The position numbers and the translations under genes are program-made. Under the pieces are notes generated by a model. It did no database searches and had not been told where the DNA came from. It saw nothing but the letters and a program-made list of their open reading frames with translations. Source: Rickettsiales bacterium (GTDB taxonomy: Bacteria; Pseudomonadota; Alphaproteobacteria; Rickettsiales; JABIRX01). From it: a stretch of 64,000 bases of DNA. Positions 60,000 through 64,000 of this stretch are shown piece after piece. Location of the stretch: positions 6,443 through 70,442 of the forward strand of contig JADHOX010000001.1 in assembly GCA_016778805.1 (NCBI GenBank), given 5' to 3'. Each line of letters starts with the position of its first letter. The stretch's first letter is position 1.

Positions 60000-61367
60000 T
60001 TAAGGTAGATTTCTATAAATATTGAGCGCCCTTTCTCTTGTCTCTTTTAGATCAATCATCATTTCTGGATAATTATCGCGACGAATTGGATTGTGAATTT
60101 CTTTATTGGTTAAATGAGCAATTTCAGGCACCCATTTTCTGATATATATACCATTTTTATCAAATTTCTCACTTTGAGTAATTGGATTAAAAATTCTAAA
60201 ATATGGAGCAGCATCAGCACCACTTCCAGCAACCCATTGCCATGAAGCATTATTTGCCGCCAAATCAGCATCAACTAAACAATCATTAAACCATTCTGCA
60301 CCAATTCGCCAATCAATTAAAAGATTCTTTGTTAAAAATGAGGCTACTATCATCCTAACTCTATTATGCATCCAACCCGTATGCCATAATTGACGCATAC
60401 CGGCATCAACTATAGGAAAGCCTGTTTGGCCTGTTTGCCACTTTTTTAGATGTTCTTTATTATTTAACCAAGGGAAATTATCAAATTTAGTTTTAACACT
60501 TTTCTTAGCCAGATCAGGGTTGTTAAAAAGTAAATTATATGAAAATTCTCGCCAACCTATTTCACTAAAAAATACATTTAAACCATCAGTTTCTTCAAAC
60601 ATCATCGCTTTAAAATAAAGTTGCTTTGGAGATATTAAGCCGAAATGAATAAATGGAGATAAGATAGATGTTGAATTCTGACCTGGAAAATCTCTACCAA
60701 TATTATAATTGGACATTTTACTTTTCATAAAGCTTAGCGCCTGTTCATGAGCATTAGCTTCACTAACATTATATAACTTATTCCATCCAACAGACCAATC
60801 TGGATTTTTGGGTAATAACCTTAAATCATCTAATGATTTTGCTTCAGAAACTTTAATTCCATTAATTTCTTTAGGTGCATCAATAGGATTTTTAATATTA
60901 ACAAGATTTGCTAAACATTTTTTCCAAAATGGTGTAAAAACTTTAAAATAATCTCCGGATCCATTCTTAATCTGTCCAGGTTCAAAAAAAAGAGAACTAT
61001 TAAAACTTTTTACTTCATAACCTAAATTTTTAAGAGAAGATTTAATTTTAATATCTCTTTGAATAATCTCTGGTTCATAAACCCTATTCCAAAAAACTTT
61101 TTCTATTTGATAATCAGCCAAATATTTTTCAATAATTTCTTGAGAATCACCAAATTCAATTAACAAATCTGCATTATAATTTTGTTTTATATCTTGTTTT
61201 AGTGATTTTAATGCTTGATGTAGAAACCATTTTGAGGCTGATCCAATTGCATAATTTGGATCATAAATGTAAAGAAAGACGAGCTCATTATTATTTGCGG
61301 CATTATCAAGTGCCAAATTATCAGATAATCTTAAATCATTTCTAAACCAAATAAGAGCGCGCGACAT
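60000..61367 (-). CDS. phrB: deoxyribodipyrimidine photolyase (class I CPD photolyase/cryptochrome family)
   Basis: LIWFRNDLRL, TGFPIVDAGMRQLWHTGWMHNRVRM and NNASWQWVAGSGADAAPYFRIFNP. Confidence 0.9.
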   Translation of the reverse strand: MSRALIWFRNDLRLSDNLALDNAANNNELVFLYIYDPNYAIGSASKWFLHQALKSLKQDIKQNYNADLLIEFGDSQEIIEKYLADYQIEKVFWNRVYEPEIIQRDIKIKSSLKNLGYEVKSFNSSLFFEPGQIKNGSGDYFKVFTPFWKKCLANLVNIKNPIDAPKEINGIKVSEAKSLDDLRLLPKNPDWSVGWNKLYNVSEANAHEQALSFMKSKMSNYNIGRDFPGQNSTSILSPFIHFGLISPKQLYFKAMMFEETDGLNVFFSEIGWREFSYNLLFNNPDLAKKSVKTKFDNFPWLNNKEHLKKWQTGQTGFPIVDAGMRQLWHTGWMHNRVRMIVASFLTKNLLIDWRIGAEWFNDCLVDADLAANNASWQWVAGSGADAAPYFRIFNPITQSEKFDKNGIYIRKWVPEIAHLTNKEIHNPIRRDNYPEMMIDLKETRERALNIYRNLP

Positions 61368-61461
61368 AAAACAAAATTTTTGAAATTAAAAACTTAATTA
61401 TCAAACCTTAAGCTAATTTCAAAAACTTTGTATAAGTTTTTAATTTAAATCAAAATTAAAA

Positions 61462-61965
61462 CTATTGCACAAATAAAGTCATCACAGTGATATATGCAAA
61501 AATAGCCAATAGTAAAACCCAAATTTGTGTATAAGTTAAAAATGAAGATTTAGCTTTATGACCAAGTAAGTTAAAGATTTGAGGCCAACTATAGGAAACT
61601 AGGTCACCTTGAGAAACCATACCTTGTAACTTTCCTTTTTTATCAACAATTGGTAAATGTCTAAACCGACCTTGACTCATTCTTCGGAGTGAATCAGAAA
61701 TAAGTGAATCATAATGAGCAGTTTTGACTTTTTTTGTCATTACTTCACTTACCTTAGTTTTTTTAACATTCATTGCATTTGCCGCAACTTTTTTAAGAAC
61801 ATCACGTTCAGTGAACATACCAACAAGTTTGCTATTTTTTACTACAACTGCTGATCCATAATTATATTCAGCCATTTTATTAACAGCTTCATGAACGGAA
61901 ATATTCTCTTCAATTGTTAATAAATGAGTTTTATCTTTGAATTCAGGAATATCTGTTATTCTCAT
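61462..61965 (-). CDS. CBS domain pair protein with a C-terminal membrane anchor
   Basis: Two CBS repeats (VVKNSKLVGMFTERDVLK; HLPIVDKKGKLQGMVSQGDL) and a terminal TM (IWVLLLAIFAYITVMTLFV). Confidence 0.8.
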   Translation of the reverse strand: MRITDIPEFKDKTHLLTIEENISVHEAVNKMAEYNYGSAVVVKNSKLVGMFTERDVLKKVAANAMNVKKTKVSEVMTKKVKTAHYDSLISDSLRRMSQGRFRHLPIVDKKGKLQGMVSQGDLVSYSWPQIFNLLGHKAKSSFLTYTQIWVLLLAIFAYITVMTLFVQ

Positions 61966-62067
61966 TACCTTACCTTTAATGATTAACTGAAAAATTCTTT
62001 ACAGAACTTATATCTAACTTTAACATTTTTTCAGATCCATGTCTATCTGATAATTAACAATATTCTT

Positions 62068-62622
62068 ATGACAAATTTTTTTAAAACATTTAGGTTAGTT
62101 TTTTTTATAATTTTTTCACAACCAATTTTTGCTAGCGAAATGACCAAAATGAACGCTTATCAATTTAGTTTTACATCCATAAATGGCGAAACAATAAATT
62201 TATCTGATTACAAAGGTAAAGTAATTATGATAGTTAACACAGCTTCTCAATGTGGCTTAACTCCTCAATATGAACAACTTGAAATGATTCATAATCTTTT
62301 CAAAGATAAAGATTTTGTTCTAATTGGCGTTCCTTGTGGTGATTTTGCTAATCAAGAATATGATAATTCACAAAAAATTAAAGATTTTACAAGTGAAGAA
62401 TATAACATTACTTTCATATTAACTGAAAAAAATAGCGTAAAAGGTAAGAATGCTCATCCATTTTATGAATGGGCTAATAAACAAGCAGGTTTTTTAGGTT
62501 CACCAAAGTGGAATTTTCATAAATATCTTATTGATAAAAATGGAGATTTTGCAGCGTGGTACAGCTCTACTACGTCGCCACAATCTGTAAAAATCATTAA
62601 TAAAATCGAAGAATTATTATGA
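62068..62622 (+). CDS. glutathione peroxidase (Cys type, BtuE-like) with signal peptide
   Basis: NTASQCGLTPQY, LGVPCGDFANQE and KWNFHKYLI motifs. N-terminal signal ...SQPIFA/SE. Confidence 0.9.
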   Translation: MTNFFKTFRLVFFIIFSQPIFASEMTKMNAYQFSFTSINGETINLSDYKGKVIMIVNTASQCGLTPQYEQLEMIHNLFKDKDFVLIGVPCGDFANQEYDNSQKIKDFTSEEYNITFILTEKNSVKGKNAHPFYEWANKQAGFLGSPKWNFHKYLIDKNGDFAAWYSSTTSPQSVKIINKIEELL

Positions 62623-62990
62623 GCAAAAACAAACAAAAAAATGTTCTAGGTCAAGAACTACAACCATGTTGTTTAGACCCAATTACTGGTTTCCAAAGAG
62701 ATGGTTATTGTAGCTTAGTCCAATATGATAGAGGTCTTCATATTGTATGTGCAGTGGTTACAAAAGAATTTTTACATTTTAGCAAATTAAGAGGTAATGA
62801 TTTATCGACAAGAACTGAATCTTTTCATGGCCTAAAACCTGGTGACAAATGGTGTTTATGCATTACAAGATGGCTTGAAGCATATAATGCTAATGTTGCT
62901 CCAAAAGTAATTTTAGAAAGCTCTCATATATCTTGTCTTGAATTTATTGAACTTGAGGATTTGAAAAAATACGAATTTAAGACTCATTAA
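62619..62990 (+). CDS. DUF2237 family protein
   Basis: NVLGQELQPCC.DP.TGFQRDGYC, HIVCAVVTKEFL.FS...GNDLST and GDKWCLCITRW blocks match my recollection of DUF2237. ATGA overlap with the gpx stop. Confidence 0.8.
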   Translation: MSKNKQKNVLGQELQPCCLDPITGFQRDGYCSLVQYDRGLHIVCAVVTKEFLHFSKLRGNDLSTRTESFHGLKPGDKWCLCITRWLEAYNANVAPKVILESSHISCLEFIELEDLKKYEFKTH

Positions 62991-63852
62991 AATATCCTTG
63001 TTTACTTGCAATATCAATTAATCCATCTTTATATGATGGAAAAATAAATTCATAATTAAGTAAGTTTTTCAATTTCTGATTATCTATTATTTTGTTATCT
63101 AAAGCAAAAGATGAATGCCTATATTGTTTTTCTCCTTCAAAAATAGGCAGCAAATCTATTTTTAAAATATTTTTACAAACAAAATTATTCAAATCTGCCG
63201 TCGAACATGGATCATTATCACAAATATTTATTATCTCATTACTTATATTTACAGTTAATATCTTATTAATAATTGAAATGATATCTGCAATATGAGTCCT
63301 TGAAATCAATTTTGATGATTTATAATTATGAGTAATTTTGTTAGTTAAAATACTTAAAATTGCATTGCGTTGATCACCATAAATTCCAGCAAGTCTTAGA
63401 ATTATAATATTTGCATTAACATTATCTGAAAGTAACTGATATTTCTTTTCACAAGAAATTCTAGCTAATCCATTAACTGACTTAGCAAGTAAAATTGATT
63501 CTTCATTAACTTTTTTACCATTATGGTCACCATAAACTGAGGTTGCTGATAAATAAATTATTTTAAATGGGGATTTTCTTTGCTGGAAATATTGAAAATA
63601 ATTTTCAATTACAGCATCCGTTTGTTTCTCATAAAATGGAGGTATTGAAATAACGAAACTTTCAAAACCATCAAGTAATTCGAAATCTAAACTATCAAAA
63701 TTTAAGAGATTTACTGAATTTGGAGCATCAATGAACTTTGCTTTTGTTTGATGATAAGTTGCAGATATCTTTGCAAAATCTCTAACATATTTTGCACAAA
63801 AAAACTGCGCAACATAACCGAATCCCAAAAACAAAACTTTGCTATTATTCAT
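62977..63852 (-). CDS. NAD(P)-binding Rossmann-fold protein, atypical epimerase/dehydratase-like SDR
   Basis: N-terminal VLFLGFGYVAQ degenerate glycine motif, LSATSVYGD and RLAGIYG blocks typical of extended/atypical SDRs. Strong SD (AAGGGAGG) upstream. Confidence 0.6.
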   Translation of the reverse strand: MNNSKVLFLGFGYVAQFFCAKYVRDFAKISATYHQTKAKFIDAPNSVNLLNFDSLDFELLDGFESFVISIPPFYEKQTDAVIENYFQYFQQRKSPFKIIYLSATSVYGDHNGKKVNEESILLAKSVNGLARISCEKKYQLLSDNVNANIIILRLAGIYGDQRNAILSILTNKITHNYKSSKLISRTHIADIISIINKILTVNISNEIINICDNDPCSTADLNNFVCKNILKIDLLPIFEGEKQYRHSSFALDNKIIDNQKLKNLLNYEFIFPSYKDGLIDIASKQGYFNES

Positions 63853-63873
63853 TAATCCTCCCTTATTTATTTG

Positions 63874-64000
63874 CTATAAACTACTTTTAAGCATCCAAGC
63901 ATTCTTTTGATGAATTTCGATTCTATCAGTAACAATTCCAGCTGTCACTTCATCGTCATGCTCTTGAGCTTTATGTAAAATATTCATTAAAGTTTCAACA
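63874..64000 (-). CDS. dps: Dps/ferritin-like protein, C-terminal 41 codons only (gene starts beyond the window)
   Basis: Manual translation of the minus strand gives ...VETLMNILHKAQEHDDEVTAGIVTDRIEIHQKNAWMLKSSL*. The D..T.......R.E.H.K.AWML ending is typical of Dps proteins. Confidence 0.55.
   Translation of the reverse strand, partial: VETLMNILHKAQEHDDEVTAGIVTDRIEIHQKNAWMLKSSL

Overview
Strongly AT-rich (about 30% G+C by eye, not computed) and very gene-dense chromosomal segment. I call 61 complete or partial protein genes and 4 tRNA genes. Most intergenic spacers are under 100 bp, and many neighbouring genes overlap at start/stop codons (ATGA, TAATG, 8-31 nt overlaps). I found no rRNA, CRISPR array, IS element, integrase, prophage or long DNA repeat. 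All calls rest on motif and family recognition in the supplied translations plus manual reading of the DNA; no database search was possible. The content is mostly housekeeping and typical of a reduced alphaproteobacterium, probably Rickettsiales-like (inference from a scattered virB8-virB9 pair, the long alphaproteobacterial icd, and bamD-recN / ligA synteny). Pathways represented: phospholipid and fatty-acid synthesis (psd, pssA, fabG, acpP, fabF, plsC); envelope (mltG, bamD, mreD-like, mrdA, SPOR protein); DNA maintenance (ligA, recN, mutS, ftsK, phrB, dps fragment); heme (hemC, hemD, hemH); Tat export; serS; clpB; mgtE; pyrF; hom. Candidates for something new, in order of interest: (1) a 1,293-aa secreted protein with about 46 cysteines (9980-13861), whose C-terminal 370 aa forms tandem C..C..C..W..C modules resembling Sushi/CCP repeats, lying behind the longest non-coding tract and next to a core-only ComEC; (2) a 1,114-aa three-part fusion oxidoreductase (unknown N-domain + GltD/NfnB-like + PyrK/NfnA-like); (3) a perfect 7-1-7 Fur box in front of a minimal cupredoxin-FTR1 iron uptake pair, divergent from hemH; (4) the orphan virB8-virB9 pair followed by a non-VirB10-like gene and a G7 tract; (5) a eukaryote-type PTPS translationally coupled to an SDR; (6) two near-identical tRNA-Glu genes differing mainly in the anticodon arm (UUC vs CUC), and a tRNA-pyrF-tRNA unit. 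I could not identify a recognisable multi-gene accessory system such as defence, toxin-antitoxin or a biosynthetic cluster. Most of the window is ordinary core genome.
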